Shown piece by piece: positions 7,968 to 17,833 of a DNA stretch of 64,000 nt. The stretch is from Chthonomonas calidirosea (GTDB lineage Bacteria; Armatimonadota; Chthonomonadetes; Chthonomonadales; CAJBBX01), in assembly GCA_020722705.1 (NCBI GenBank), contig DYKI01000002.1, forward strand, positions 41,968-105,967, written 5' to 3'. A program made the position numbers and the translations under genes. Below the pieces are notes generated by a model that was given only the letters and a program-made list of their open reading frames with translations, did not search any database and was not told the DNA's origin. How positions within the stretch are numbered: the first letter of the stretch is position 1; every line of letters begins with the position of its first letter.

Positions 7968-9155
7968 GTGATCCGACATTCCTCGCGTCTTGATGCCATT
8001 CCGCCATATCTGTTCGGCGAAATAGCCCGCCTTAAGGCTGAGGCATTGCAGGCCGGCAGGGATCTTGTGGATCTCGGGATCGGCGATCCCGACCAGCCCA
8101 CTCCCGCCGACATCGTAGACGCCCTCGCCTCTGCCGCCCGCGATCCTGAAACGCATCGCTACGACGAATCGCCGGCGGGCGATTCTGCGTTCCTCGACGC
8201 CGTCTGCCGCCGTTTCGAGCGGGAGTTCGGTGTGACGGTGGATGCCGGGGCGCAAGCGCTCGAGCTGATCGGCTCCAAAGAAGGGCTTGCGCACCTTGCC
8301 TGGGCGATCCTGGACCCGGGTGACGTATCACTGGTTCCGAATCCCGCCTATACCGTGTACCGCGTCAACTCCTTGATGGCCGGCGCTGAGCTGGTCGAGA
8401 TGCCGCTGCTCCAACGCAACGGCTTCCTGCCGGACCTGACTGCAATCCCGACGGACGCTGCCAAGAGGGCGCGCATCCTGTGGCTTAACTATCCCAACAA
8501 CCCGACCGGAGCAACTGCAGAACCACGCCTGTTCGAGGATGCCGTCCGCTTCTGCCGCGACTACGACATCCTGCTCGTCAATGACGCAGCCTACGCCGAG
8601 GTCTCCTTCGACGGATACAGGTGCCCTTCCGTCCTCCAGGTCGCCGGGGCCATGGACACCGCCATCGAGTTCCACTCTTTCTCGAAGATGTTCAACATGA
8701 CCGGCTGGCGCATCGGCATGGCCTTCGGCAATCCCGATGCCGTCACGGCCCTCAACAAGCTGAAATCGAACATTGACAGCAAGCAGTTTCGGGCGATCGC
8801 CCACGCGGCGGCCTATGCCGCCGATCGAGCATCGAATGCAGCGTCGCTCGACCTGGTGCGCCGCCGGCGCGACATCCTCGTGGACGGCCTGAACTCGCTG
8901 GGCTGGAACATCCCTCGTCCGCGCGCCACCTTCTATGTCTGGGTGCCCGTACCTGAAGGGTACACCAGCATGACCTATGCCGCAGCGCTTCTGGACAGAG
9001 CGGGCGTTCTAGCTATCCCGGGAGTCGGGTACGGCGCCCACGGCGACGGATACGTCCGCATGTCGCTCACCGTTCCCGGAGACAGAAAAGGTGAGCGCGT
9101 TGCCGAAGCTGTTCGCAGAATAGGCGAAGCCGGACTGACACCGGGTTCGTCGTAG
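7968..9155 (+). CDS. Class I pyridoxal-phosphate aminotransferase, LL-diaminopimelate aminotransferase-like
   Basis: N-terminus [13 protein letters not shown]...[12 protein letters not shown] and the PLP-lysine motif [17 protein letters not shown] 7968 is preceded by GGGAGG. The track ORF from 7695 overlaps hisD. Confidence 0.8.
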   Translation: MIRHSSRLDAIPPYLFGEIARLKAEALQAGRDLVDLGIGDPDQPTPADIVDALASAARDPETHRYDESPAGDSAFLDAVCRRFEREFGVTVDAGAQALELIGSKEGLAHLAWAILDPGDVSLVPNPAYTVYRVNSLMAGAELVEMPLLQRNGFLPDLTAIPTDAAKRARILWLNYPNNPTGATAEPRLFEDAVRFCRDYDILLVNDAAYAEVSFDGYRCPSVLQVAGAMDTAIEFHSFSKMFNMTGWRIGMAFGNPDAVTALNKLKSNIDSKQFRAIAHAAAYAADRASNAASLDLVRRRRDILVDGLNSLGWNIPRPRATFYVWVPVPEGYTSMTYAAALLDRAGVLAIPGVGYGAHGDGYVRMSLTVPGDRKGERVAEAVRRIGEAGLTPGSS

Positions 9156-9240
9156 AGGCAGGACGGCACGATCGTCGGCTCGGCGGGCAACATCGTCGGC
9201 TCGGCAGGAGCCTCGCCCTCCCGGCCACACAGAGAGGTGT

Positions 9241-10524
9241 TTGGTGCCCAGACAGTCCATGCATATCGTTGATGCCGCGGAGAAGGCATGTCTCGTGTGC
9301 GTTGAGAACGATGAGGCTTCGGAGCCGTTCGCCATCGCTGAGCTGCGAGCGCTTGCCGAAACCGCCGGCGCCGAGGTGGCCGCCGAGGTCCATCAGCATC
9401 GTCGTGAACCGGACGCCGCCTACTATGTCGGCAAGGGCAAGGCGGAGGAGATCGGCGATGCGGTGCGGGCAACTCGCGCCGACCTTGTCATCGTAGACAC
9501 CGAGCTGACACCCGTTCAGCAACGCAACCTTCAGGACGTTGTTGACACCAGGGTGATTGACCGCACGCAGCTCATCCTCGACATCTTCGGCCAGAGAGCG
9601 CATACGCGAGAGGGCAAGCTGCAGGTCGAGCTGGCTCAGTTGAGCTATATGCTCCCTCGCCTGATGAACCTGTACACCAAGTTCGAACGACAGCAGGGCG
9701 GTATCGGGGTTCGGGGCGGAGCCGGCGAGACGAAGCTCGAAACCGACCGACGCAAGGTGCGCCAGCGCATCTCCGACCTCGAAGAGGAACTGGCCGAGGT
9801 GCGAAGCCAGCGGCAGCAGCAGCGAGCAATGCGGCGCAGGCTGCCCTTCCCGACGGCGGCGCTGGTCGGCTACACCAGCGCCGGCAAGTCAACCTTGCTC
9901 AACACACTCACAGGAGCAGACGTCTACGCCGACGCCCGTCTCTTTGCCACGCTCGACCCCACCACGCGGCGGGTGGTGCTGCCCGACGGATGGGCGGTGC
10001 TCGTCACCGACACGGTCGGCTTCATCAGAAACCTCCCCCATCACCTGGTGGCCGCATTTCGAGCCACGCTCGAGGAGGTGACTCAGGCCGACTTCCTTAT
10101 TCACGTGGTTGATGCTCATCACCCCGAGAACGCAATCCAGCAGGAAGCCGTCCTTGCCGTCCTCGACGAACTTGGGGCCGGCCACAAACCCATTGTCACC
10201 GTGTACAACAAGGCCGACCTTGTAACCGACCAGTACTCGCTCCGGACACGCGTTGCCACAACGGAGCGCTCCTGCTATGTTTCTGCGCTGACAGCAGACG
10301 GGATACCGGCGCTCATGGACTGCATCGTGGCAACCATCCAGGAGCTGTTGTTCCGCATAGTAGTGTTGATCCCCTACGACCGGTCCGAGTTGGTCGCGCA
10401 ATGCTACGAGTGCGGCCGAGTGCTGCGCGCCGACTATCGGGATGACGGCATCCATGTGACTGCGGATGTCATCGCGGACCTCGCGAGTCGCCTCAGACCG
10501 TTTCAAACTCCACGAGCGGTGTAG
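9241..10524 (+). CDS. hflX: GTPase HflX
   Basis: 427 aa. HflX N-domain plus G-domain motifs [17 protein letters not shown] and NKAD. The start could instead be ATG 9259. Confidence 0.9.
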   Translation: MVPRQSMHIVDAAEKACLVCVENDEASEPFAIAELRALAETAGAEVAAEVHQHRREPDAAYYVGKGKAEEIGDAVRATRADLVIVDTELTPVQQRNLQDVVDTRVIDRTQLILDIFGQRAHTREGKLQVELAQLSYMLPRLMNLYTKFERQQGGIGVRGGAGETKLETDRRKVRQRISDLEEELAEVRSQRQQQRAMRRRLPFPTAALVGYTSAGKSTLLNTLTGADVYADARLFATLDPTTRRVVLPDGWAVLVTDTVGFIRNLPHHLVAAFRATLEEVTQADFLIHVVDAHHPENAIQQEAVLAVLDELGAGHKPIVTVYNKADLVTDQYSLRTRVATTERSCYVSALTADGIPALMDCIVATIQELLFRIVVLIPYDRSELVAQCYECGRVLRADYRDDGIHVTADVIADLASRLRPFQTPRAV

Positions 10525-10542
10525 GAAGCCGATCCGAGCAAA

Positions 10543-10574
10543 ACGGCCCCGCCAACGAGTGTCTGCGGGGCCGT
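10543..10574. terminator. GC hairpin between the convergent hflX and PPIase genes (possible bidirectional terminator)
   Basis: Perfect 10-bp inverted repeat ACGGCCCCGC-N12-GCGGGGCCGT. No U-tract follows it. Confidence 0.45.
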
Positions 10575-10658
10575 CCGCACACCGAACCGACTGCGTGCGC
10601 TGCTCATCTCCGGCGGTGGCACTCCGATCGAGGGTCAACTGCCGGCTATTGACCGCCC

Positions 10659-11813
10659 TCAACGCATACCGGGCATCATCATGGGCTCCGGGGCCCCGAC
10701 CTTGTTGACGATCTTCGCTTTGGCGAGTATCTCGCTGACCAGCGACTGGGCTTTGCCCCGCAAATAGGCTTGCCACGCCTGGTCGCGTTCGGCCTCGGTC
10801 AACTGGCTGCCGGTCCTGTCAATGCGGATCAGATGCCAGCCGAACGGTGTGCGCACCGGCTGGCTGACCACCCCGACCGGGAGGCTGAACGCAACGGCCT
10901 CGAACTCGGGCACCATCTGACCCCGCACGAACGGGCCAAGGGAGCCCTCACGGAACTTGCTCGGGTCGTCACTGGAATCGGACGCCGCCTTTTCGAAGGT
11001 CTTCGCCTTGTTGGCTATCTCCTGGGCGATCGCGTCAATCTTTGCCTTGCCCTCCGCGAAGGCCTTCTCAGGATCCGGGGCGGGTGCTGGCTGTGCAGCC
11101 CCAGGAGGAGCGGCAGGAGGTGCGGTGTTCACCCGAATCAGGATATGCCGGCCGTCTCGGAAGTCGTCTGGTCCCAAGGCATGACCGATCTTCTTCTCAA
11201 GATCCTTCTTGATGAGCTTCTCGACGTACAGCGAAGACGTCACGCCGCGCCTCAGCATAGCGGCCCGATAGCCAAGGTCGGCCAGCACCTGAGCGTCGGA
11301 CTTGCCCTGCATCCGGAGCTGGGTTCTGGCGTTCTCGATGGACTTCGCAATCTGCTTCGTGATCTCAGCCTCGGTCAGCGTCACGCCGTTCGCCTTCGCA
11401 TACTGGGCAATCGCCAGCTCGCGCACGCGATTCTGAACCGCCTCGCGAATGACGGGCGGCTTCTCGTCGAAAAGGTACTTGACGATGTCGGCGCGCGTGA
11501 CACTCACGGGCTTCGTCAGACCTCCTCCCATCCGCTTGAGCACAAGCGCGCCGATGGATGCGGCCACGGGGCGAACGCGGTCCTGGTATTGCGGGTTCCT
11601 GGCATTCATGCGAGCCTGCTGATCGGCAAGGACTTCGTCGGCTATCTGGTTCCTGGTAATCTTCTCGCCGTTAACTGTTGCCACAACCTCATTGTTGGCC
11701 TGGACCTTGGCAGTCCGCTTCGCCGGCGGCTTTTGGACGGCCAGGGACGCGCCGGCCGCAACCATCGCCAGGGCCGCTGCCGCTAGCCCGTACAAGCCTC
11801 GATATCGCCTCAA
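10659..11813 (-). CDS. Secreted peptidyl-prolyl cis-trans isomerase, parvulin (PpiC/SurA/PrsA-like)
   Basis: 384 aa. Signal-like N-terminus, a SurA-N-like region, and a parvulin core HILIR...GSLGPFVRGQMVPEFE...TPFGWHLIRI. Confidence 0.8.
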   Translation of the reverse strand: MRRYRGLYGLAAAALAMVAAGASLAVQKPPAKRTAKVQANNEVVATVNGEKITRNQIADEVLADQQARMNARNPQYQDRVRPVAASIGALVLKRMGGGLTKPVSVTRADIVKYLFDEKPPVIREAVQNRVRELAIAQYAKANGVTLTEAEITKQIAKSIENARTQLRMQGKSDAQVLADLGYRAAMLRRGVTSSLYVEKLIKKDLEKKIGHALGPDDFRDGRHILIRVNTAPPAAPPGAAQPAPAPDPEKAFAEGKAKIDAIAQEIANKAKTFEKAASDSSDDPSKFREGSLGPFVRGQMVPEFEAVAFSLPVGVVSQPVRTPFGWHLIRIDRTGSQLTEAERDQAWQAYLRGKAQSLVSEILAKAKIVNKVGAPEPMMMPGMR

Positions 11814-11861
11814 ATGACATCTCCTTTCCGATCGCCCCGGGTCCGGGACGTCGTTAACCGA

Positions 11862-12773
11862 CTATTGTGCTCCGTCGGAGCCATGAAACTCAAGCTGATG
11901 CGCCACTTCCGCGTCATGGGGCTCGGCGTGCAGCATCACCACGGCGCGCGGCAGAAGCTCGCGGATGCGGTCCTCCAATCGTTCAGCCAGGTCGTGCGCC
12001 TCCACCAGCGTCAGATGGTCATCCAGCAGCACATGCGCATCAATGTGCCGATATGAGCCCGATTTTCGGCTCCTTAGCTTGTGATAGGCGCGCACAGCGG
12101 GCTCGTTGTCCAGCACGCCGCGCACCACCTTGAGGTCGGCCTCCGGCAGGCGGGCGTCCAGCAATGGCTCGACGGCATCACGCAAGAGGCCGTACGCCGT
12201 TCGGCATATCACGGCTGCCACAGCGAGAGCAGCCAATGCATCGAGCTCGTAACGTCCGGTCACCCAAACCAGCGCGAGGCCGAACATGACACCGACGGAT
12301 GTGACCACGTCGGTCCGCAAGTGCTCGGCATCGGCCCGCAACGCAAGCGAATCGGTCGCCTTCGAAACCGTGAAGAGATAACGAGAGACAGCCAGGTTGA
12401 CGGCAGTGCTGAAGAGCATGACCAGGAGGCCAGGCCCGACCTCCACCTCCGAGGTTCCGGTTATCAGGCGATGCAGCCCCTCGTAGATGATGTAGCCCGC
12501 AGCGGCGAAGATCAGCAGCGCTTCAAGCAATCCCGAGATGCTCTCGACTTTCCCGTGACCATAGGGATGGTGAGCATCGGCCGGCCTGTCCGCGAGGCGA
12601 ACGCTGAAGTATGCGATACCCGATGCCGCAAGATCGTTGGCCGAGTGCGCAGCCTCCGACAGGACGCTGACCGAGCCCGTCGTCATGCCCGCGACGAGCT
12701 TGAGCGTCGTCAGCGCGGCATTGCTGATGATCGAGACACGCGCGGCCTTGACCTTCACGTCCCCCATGCTCAT
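11862..12773 (-). CDS. Cation diffusion facilitator family transporter
   Basis: 303 aa. CDF TM-domain signature (SEAAHSANDLAASG, HPYGHGKVE) and a C-terminal cytoplasmic domain. ATGA overlap with rsmG. Confidence 0.85.
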   Translation of the reverse strand: MSMGDVKVKAARVSIISNAALTTLKLVAGMTTGSVSVLSEAAHSANDLAASGIAYFSVRLADRPADAHHPYGHGKVESISGLLEALLIFAAAGYIIYEGLHRLITGTSEVEVGPGLLVMLFSTAVNLAVSRYLFTVSKATDSLALRADAEHLRTDVVTSVGVMFGLALVWVTGRYELDALAALAVAAVICRTAYGLLRDAVEPLLDARLPEADLKVVRGVLDNEPAVRAYHKLRSRKSGSYRHIDAHVLLDDHLTLVEAHDLAERLEDRIRELLPRAVVMLHAEPHDAEVAHQLEFHGSDGAQ

Positions 12774-13579
12774 CGCGTCTGCCGCTCTTTCCTGTGTCGG
12801 CTCGCCTGTCCGGTTCCACTCCGGCCAAGCAAGACAATCGTGCGTACAGCGCCTTGTTCGGACACCTCAACAGGATGGACGCTGAGCACCGCGAGACCGG
12901 ACTTGGCGAGGTTCCTTTCGGCTTCCACGATCTCAGCCTCGGCGGCCCTCGACTTCATGGCTGCGCAGATGCCGTCCGAAGCCAAGAGCGGCTCAACCCA
13001 TTGGGCGAGCTTCGCCAGAGGCGCGACGGCGCGCACCACGATCAGGTCGAACGAGCGCTGCATCGTTGGATCACGCCCGGCATCTTCGGCCCTCGAATGG
13101 ATGGCGCGCGCGTTCACAAGCCGCAATGCCGCTATCACCGAGTTCAGGAAGGCAACCTTCTTGCCACGGGCATCCATGAGCGTGAACATTCGGTCCGGCA
13201 GCGCAATCGCGAGCGGGATGCCGGGGAGGCCCCCTCCTGAGCCAAGGTCCAATACGCGCCCACCTTTTGGCACCGACACAACGCCCAGAATGCTCAAAGA
13301 CTCCTTGAGGTGGCGCGCCGGCGCCTCGGAACGCGGAACCCGGGTCAGATTCAGCGTTTCGTTCGCAGCGTAGAGCATGTCGAGAAACTGCAGCATCGCT
13401 TGAGCCTGATGAACGCCGACATGAGACCCGAGCAGGTCGGCTGCTTCGTTGGCGTCCGAATGTGCTTCCTCGGCCGTCTGGATGCATGGTTCGGATGCCG
13501 ACAGCCCGGATGGAGCGTGGTCCTGTTGCGCGTCACCATGTCCCACCCGAACATCAGCCCTTCCATTGCCTGCTGCCAT
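12770..13579 (-). CDS. rsmG: 16S rRNA (guanine527-N7)-methyltransferase RsmG
   Basis: NLTRV...RHLKESL...VLDLGSGGGLPGIPLAI motifs. The start is uncertain: ATG 13579 overlaps the -35 of the divergent tRNA-Pro promoter, and ATG 13396 would give 208 aa. The track ORF to 13744 runs through the tRNA. Confidence 0.75.
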   Translation of the reverse strand: MAAGNGRADVRVGHGDAQQDHAPSGLSASEPCIQTAEEAHSDANEAADLLGSHVGVHQAQAMLQFLDMLYAANETLNLTRVPRSEAPARHLKESLSILGVVSVPKGGRVLDLGSGGGLPGIPLAIALPDRMFTLMDARGKKVAFLNSVIAALRLVNARAIHSRAEDAGRDPTMQRSFDLIVVRAVAPLAKLAQWVEPLLASDGICAAMKSRAAEAEIVEAERNLAKSGLAVLSVHPVEVSEQGAVRTIVLLGRSGTGQASRHRKERQTR

Positions 13580-13608
13580 TGACTTGGACCCGTCGCCAAC
13601 CCTATAAT
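13579..13608 (+). promoter_or_regulatory. Candidate sigma70-type promoter of tRNA-Pro (TTGACT-N18-TATAAT)
   Basis: TTGACT at 13579-13584 and TATAAT at 13603-13608. The tRNA 5' end lies 8 nt downstream of the -10. Confidence 0.6.
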
Positions 13609-13616
13609 GGGTCTGT

Positions 13617-13690
13617 CGGGGTGTAGCGCAGCCCGGTAGCGCACTCGCTTTGGGAGCGAGTGGTCGCCGGTTCGAATCCGGCCACCCCGA
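13617..13690 (+). tRNA. tRNA-Pro (anticodon TGG), no encoded CCA
   Basis: Hand-folded cloverleaf. Acceptor CGGGGTG/CACCCCG, D arm GCGC/GCGC, anticodon stem CTCGC/GCGAG with loop TTTGGGA, and T arm GCCGG-TTCGAAT-CCGGC. Confidence 0.9.
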
Positions 13691-13691
13691 T

Positions 13692-14339
13692 TCACCTGAG
13701 TTCGCTTTCCCCTGCTCGCTCACCGGCACCACCCGTCCGCCCATCCGACCCGACGGTTTCCGACTGCGCGCTGCGTTGCTGTGAGCCGTTGAACCGGCTC
13801 ATTGCGGTCTCGAACCCTGCGTCCAGCGCGCACTCGATGGCGTCGGCCGCACTCACAATCGCCTCATTGACAGCCTTTCGCTCTGAAGCGCTGAACCTGC
13901 TGAGGACATGCTCCACGAGGTCACTCCGCGCCGATCCGCCAATCCCGATGCGGATTCTCGGGTAGTCCCGGCTGCCCAGATGCGTTTCCACCGATTCGAG
14001 ACCATGGTGACCGCCGCTTGAGCCCTTCAGGCGCAGCCTCAGCGCTCCAACAGGCAGCGCCACATCGTCTACGACTACCCAAACGTGCTCGGGCGACACC
14101 GAATGGTAACGCGCGACGGAGCCCACCGATTCCCCCGACAGATTCATGTACGTCATGGGCTTGACCAGCATGACCTTCCGCGTGCCGATCATGCCTTGCC
14201 CCGTAAGCGCACGATGGGCCCGGTGCGCAATGCGGATGCCGTGCCGCTCACCGAGGGCGTCAACGACCTCGAACCCCACGTTGTGGCGAGTTCCTTCATA
14301 GCGCAAGCCCGGATTGCCCAAACCTGCTATGATCACCAT
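13692..14339 (-). CDS. pth: Peptidyl-tRNA hydrolase
   Basis: 215 aa. N-terminus MVIIAGLGNPGLRYEGTRHNVGF. The stop lies 1 nt from the tRNA-Pro 3' end. There is a short low-complexity C-terminal extension. Confidence 0.9.
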   Translation of the reverse strand: MVIIAGLGNPGLRYEGTRHNVGFEVVDALGERHGIRIAHRAHRALTGQGMIGTRKVMLVKPMTYMNLSGESVGSVARYHSVSPEHVWVVVDDVALPVGALRLRLKGSSGGHHGLESVETHLGSRDYPRIRIGIGGSARSDLVEHVLSRFSASERKAVNEAIVSAADAIECALDAGFETAMSRFNGSQQRSAQSETVGSDGRTGGAGERAGESELR

Positions 14340-14436
14340 GTTGGGTCGGTTCCTCCATCCGGCACAGCGTCGGGATTATACCTGCCGCGCCTCCCACCTC
14401 CCCGAAAACCACGTTCGGGTCACTTCGTGCTCATCC

Positions 14437-14445
14437 TGCTATAAT
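14437..14445 (+). promoter_or_regulatory. Candidate extended -10 promoter (TGcTATAAT) upstream of the GT2 gene
   Basis: TGCTATAAT read directly, about 50 nt upstream of ATG 14496, in the pth/GT2 divergent region. Confidence 0.45.
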
Positions 14446-14495
14446 CCTTGCGTCGCAGTCTCGCCTATCACCGCTCCGAGGAACGGGCCACTGAC

Positions 14496-15245
14496 ATGCC
14501 AACTCAGCCGCACCTATCGGTTGTTGTGCCGGCCTACAACGAAGCCGGCCGCATTCGCGCGTCGCTCGAGCGCATAGACGCGTATCTCTCGGAGCAGCCA
14601 TACAGCTCCGAGATTCTGGTCGTTGACGACGGGAGCACGGATGGAACCTCGTCCATCGTGACCGGTCTGGGCCTGGAGCGGATTCAACTCCTGCGGTATG
14701 ACGTCAACAGGGGCAAAGGGCACGCCGTTCGGTACGGCGTGATGCGCAGCCTCGGTAAGCTCGTGCTGTTCTCGGATGCGGATCTCGCCACACCGATCGA
14801 GGAGATCGCCGCCCTGTCAGCCGCGATCGCTGGAGGCGCCGACGTCGCCATCGGCTCACGCGATGTCGCCGGAAGCAGGCTCGAGCGACGCCAATCGCCC
14901 ATACGCGAACTCGGCGGCAAGCTCTTCAACCGCCTGGTTCAAATACTGGCTGTGCCCGGCATCCATGATACCCAGTGCGGATTCAAGCTGTTCACGCGCG
15001 ACGCCGCTCAGTCCATATTCCGCCTCTGCACGATTGACAACTTCTCCTTCGACGTGGAGGTGCTCTTTGTCGCGCGTAAGCTGGGCTATTCCATCGCCGA
15101 AGTTCCTGTGCGCTGGCGTCATCAGGAGGGCAGCAAGGTGCGGCTCTGGCGTGACGCACCGCGTATGCTCCGTACGCTGTTCCGCATTCGAATGACCCGG
15201 TACGACATGCAACCCTCCGCCATCAAGACTTCCGCCACACCGTAG
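14496..15245 (+). CDS. Family 2 glycosyltransferase (polyprenyl/dolichyl-phosphate glycosyltransferase-like)
   Basis: LSVVVPAYNEAGRI, VVDDGSTDGT and FSDADL (DxD) motifs. Start taken at MPTQPHLSVVV rather than the longer track ORF from 14448. Confidence 0.8.
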   Translation: MPTQPHLSVVVPAYNEAGRIRASLERIDAYLSEQPYSSEILVVDDGSTDGTSSIVTGLGLERIQLLRYDVNRGKGHAVRYGVMRSLGKLVLFSDADLATPIEEIAALSAAIAGGADVAIGSRDVAGSRLERRQSPIRELGGKLFNRLVQILAVPGIHDTQCGFKLFTRDAAQSIFRLCTIDNFSFDVEVLFVARKLGYSIAEVPVRWRHQEGSKVRLWRDAPRMLRTLFRIRMTRYDMQPSAIKTSATP

Positions 15246-15344
15246 CGCTGTGAACCGCCGATCCGACATGGAGCCCACATCCTCGGCGGCGCGAATGCGT
15301 CACTCGGGTCCGGCACAGAGCGTATCCTCAAGCGTCAACGCACG

Positions 15345-16091
15345 ATGAACCCTGCCGAATACGACCGTATGTATGAAAACGAGGACTCCTACTGGTGGTT
15401 CGTCGGCAGGCGTCACCTGATCCTGAACTTGATCGCTGACAGCTTCAAAGATCGAACCGACCTGCGCGTTCTGGATGTCGGATGCGGCACGGGAGCGATG
15501 TCGGCCGCGCTTCGCCGTTTCGGAACCGTCACATCGGCCGATCTCAGCCCTCTGGCGCTTCAGTACAGCCGGCGACGGGGGCTGTGCTCCCTGTGCTCGG
15601 CCGATGCGACGCGTCTGCCCTTCAAGGACGGCGCTTACGATGCCGTGGTGGCGCTGGACCTGCTGGAGCACATACCCGACGACCATGCGGCCGCGCTGGA
15701 GTTCGCACGCGTATTGAGGCCCGGGGGAGTGCTCTTCGCTACCGTTCCGGCCTACCGATCTCTCTGGAGCGGCCACGATCAAGCGCTGATGCATGTGCGG
15801 AGATACACGGCCACCGAGGTCCGCTGTCTCCTAACCGGCTCCGGGCTAGGGCTGGATCGGTTGAGCTACGCAATGACCGCGCTGTATCCCATCGTTTGGT
15901 TCGTGCGCCGCCGCGAGCGACGATCGGCTGAGCCCCGGTCCTCCGTCAAGCCGCTGCCGCATCCGGCCAACGCGGTTCTCATCGCGCTGCTCCGTCTTGA
16001 GAATGCCTGGCTCCGGCGCTTCTCGCTTCCGTTCGGCGTGACGGTCGTCGCCGTGGCTCGGAAGCCGGAAGGCCAGGGCAACAGGAGCTGA
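15345..16091 (+). CDS. Class I SAM-dependent methyltransferase
   Basis: 248 aa. SAM-binding motif VLDVGCGTGAMS and an acidic loop ALDLLEHIPDD. Confidence 0.75.
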   Translation: MNPAEYDRMYENEDSYWWFVGRRHLILNLIADSFKDRTDLRVLDVGCGTGAMSAALRRFGTVTSADLSPLALQYSRRRGLCSLCSADATRLPFKDGAYDAVVALDLLEHIPDDHAAALEFARVLRPGGVLFATVPAYRSLWSGHDQALMHVRRYTATEVRCLLTGSGLGLDRLSYAMTALYPIVWFVRRRERRSAEPRSSVKPLPHPANAVLIALLRLENAWLRRFSLPFGVTVVAVARKPEGQGNRS

Positions 16092-16097
16092 CAGGGC

Positions 16098-16949
16098 ATG
16101 GTCTGGTACGTCGCCATCGCGCTTGCGATTGTCGGCGTGGGCCGGCTCCTGCGCCACATGCGCAAAGTGGAGCCCGAGCGTGTTGAAATCACCCGCCGCG
16201 AACTGCAATATGACAACCTGCCCGAAGGGTTGGATGGGCTGGAGCTGTGCCACGTCTCCGATCTGCACATCACGACAGACCCGCGCAACAGCGCCGTTGT
16301 GGCCGAAGCGATTCGATCGGTGCGGGCCGACCTCTACCTCATCACCGGGGACCTGATCCATGGTCCGCGCGGAGCGGCAGCCCTCGAGACCTGGCTCCGA
16401 GACCTGACCGATTCAATGCGTCCTGCCTATGCTGTGCTCGGCAACGCCGAACACAAACTCCGCATCAACACCGGTGCGGTCGTTGACCTCTTGCGGGGTC
16501 TGGGTATCGCGGTCCTGAACAACGAGGCAACCGTCGTGCGCACTGCAAGGGGCGCCATCCAGATCGTTGGCCTGGACGACCCGCACTCGGGTCACAGCAA
16601 CCCGCCGCTCGCCTATTCGAATGCCGACCCCGACATGTGGACCCTCGTGCTGGTGCATTCGCCTGAGGGCATACTCGGGCTTGAGGGTCGCCGAGCGGAC
16701 CTGGTGCTTTCCGGCCATACGCATGGCGGCCAGATAGTGCTGCCGGGGATCGGATGGCTTTCGGACAACACTCATCACAGCGTGGGCCTGATATCGGGGT
16801 GGTACGACCAGGACGACATCCGCGAAAAAGCCGGCGTCGTCCGAGGCCCGCGGGGGCTCTATGTATCGCGAGGATTGGGTACTTCGGGTTGGCCCCTGAG
16901 GCTGCGCTGCAGACCCGAGTTGGCGCTTCTGACGTTGCGCCGGTCCTGA
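16098..16949 (+). CDS. Membrane-anchored metallophosphoesterase (calcineurin-like)
   Basis: 283 aa. N-terminal TM helix, then DLH, GDLIH, GNAEH and SGHTHGG motifs. Confidence 0.8.
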   Translation: MVWYVAIALAIVGVGRLLRHMRKVEPERVEITRRELQYDNLPEGLDGLELCHVSDLHITTDPRNSAVVAEAIRSVRADLYLITGDLIHGPRGAAALETWLRDLTDSMRPAYAVLGNAEHKLRINTGAVVDLLRGLGIAVLNNEATVVRTARGAIQIVGLDDPHSGHSNPPLAYSNADPDMWTLVLVHSPEGILGLEGRRADLVLSGHTHGGQIVLPGIGWLSDNTHHSVGLISGWYDQDDIREKAGVVRGPRGLYVSRGLGTSGWPLRLRCRPELALLTLRRS

Positions 16950-17833
16950 TCTCCTCTCTGCGCCGGGATCACCTCTTCGAGCGTGCCTTCCGGCGTCCAC
17001 ACGACCGAACCGATGTACGGCACGAGCCCGCTGGAGATGCGCCGAATCTGTCGGCGCATGGCGCCCGTCGGACCCGAGGTGAGAACCCGCGGCTGCCCAC
17101 GTTCGATGGCCGCCTCCTCGGAGGGCGGTTCGGCCGCGGACGCAAGGCGATCGAGCACTTCAAGGGCCAGAACCTGGGCAGGGTCCACGAACACCGGCGG
17201 CGTCTCGTAGAGTCTCATGGCGGCCACTCGGAGCGTCGAGAGCGCCAGAGGGTAGTGCGTGCATCCCAGGATGAGGACACTGCATTCGGCATCTGCCAGG
17301 GGCTCCAGATACTCCATGCATCTCGCGAGCGCCCGGGGCGTTTCCTCTTCGCCGTTCTCGATGATCGGAACCAAATCGGGACAGGCCACTTGCTCAACGA
17401 CAGCATCGGGCAACAATGAACGAATCGCTTCGGGGTATGCACCGCTGTGTACGGTGCCGGTAGTCGCGAGAACCCCGATGGATGGACAGTCGCCCAGCGA
17501 CCGTGCGGCATCGTATGCCCCCCGCGCACCGGCTTCGACCACACCGAACACAGGCATATGGGGAAACTCATCGCGAACGTCGCCGAGGGCCGTGGCCGAT
17601 GATATATTGCAGGCCATGATCACCGCCGACGACGATTGTGCTGCGAGAAAACGACTGATCGAGCGCGCGAATCTGGCAACCTCATCGAGGCTCCTCTCGC
17701 CGTACGGCACGTGCGCTTGATCGGCGACATAGATGTACGGCAGGTCCGGCTGGCGAGACAAGAGCGCATTGAGCACGGTGAGTCCGCCGACGCCGGAGTC
17801 GAAGATGCCGACGGGGCCCTCGAATCCGCTCAC
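16859..17833 (-). CDS. murI: Glutamate racemase
   Basis: VGIFDSGVGGLTV, ACNISS and LGCTHYPL motifs. GTG 17833 overlaps the upstream stop (GTGA). A C-terminal tail of about 55 aa overlaps the convergent gene by 91 nt. Confidence 0.85.
   Translation of the reverse strand: MSGFEGPVGIFDSGVGGLTVLNALLSRQPDLPYIYVADQAHVPYGERSLDEVARFARSISRFLAAQSSSAVIMACNISSATALGDVRDEFPHMPVFGVVEAGARGAYDAARSLGDCPSIGVLATTGTVHSGAYPEAIRSLLPDAVVEQVACPDLVPIIENGEEETPRALARCMEYLEPLADAECSVLILGCTHYPLALSTLRVAAMRLYETPPVFVDPAQVLALEVLDRLASAAEPPSEEAAIERGQPRVLTSGPTGAMRRQIRRISSGLVPYIGSVVWTPEGTLEEVIPAQRGDQDRRNVRSANSGLQRSLRGQPEVPNPRDT

Noticed and set aside
9171-9205. A direct repeat ATCGTCGGCTCGGC x2 (21-nt period) between the aminotransferase gene and hflX.
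   Set aside because: There are only two short copies in a GC-rich spacer, with no associated structure or motif I can interpret. It is probably a chance or slippage remnant.
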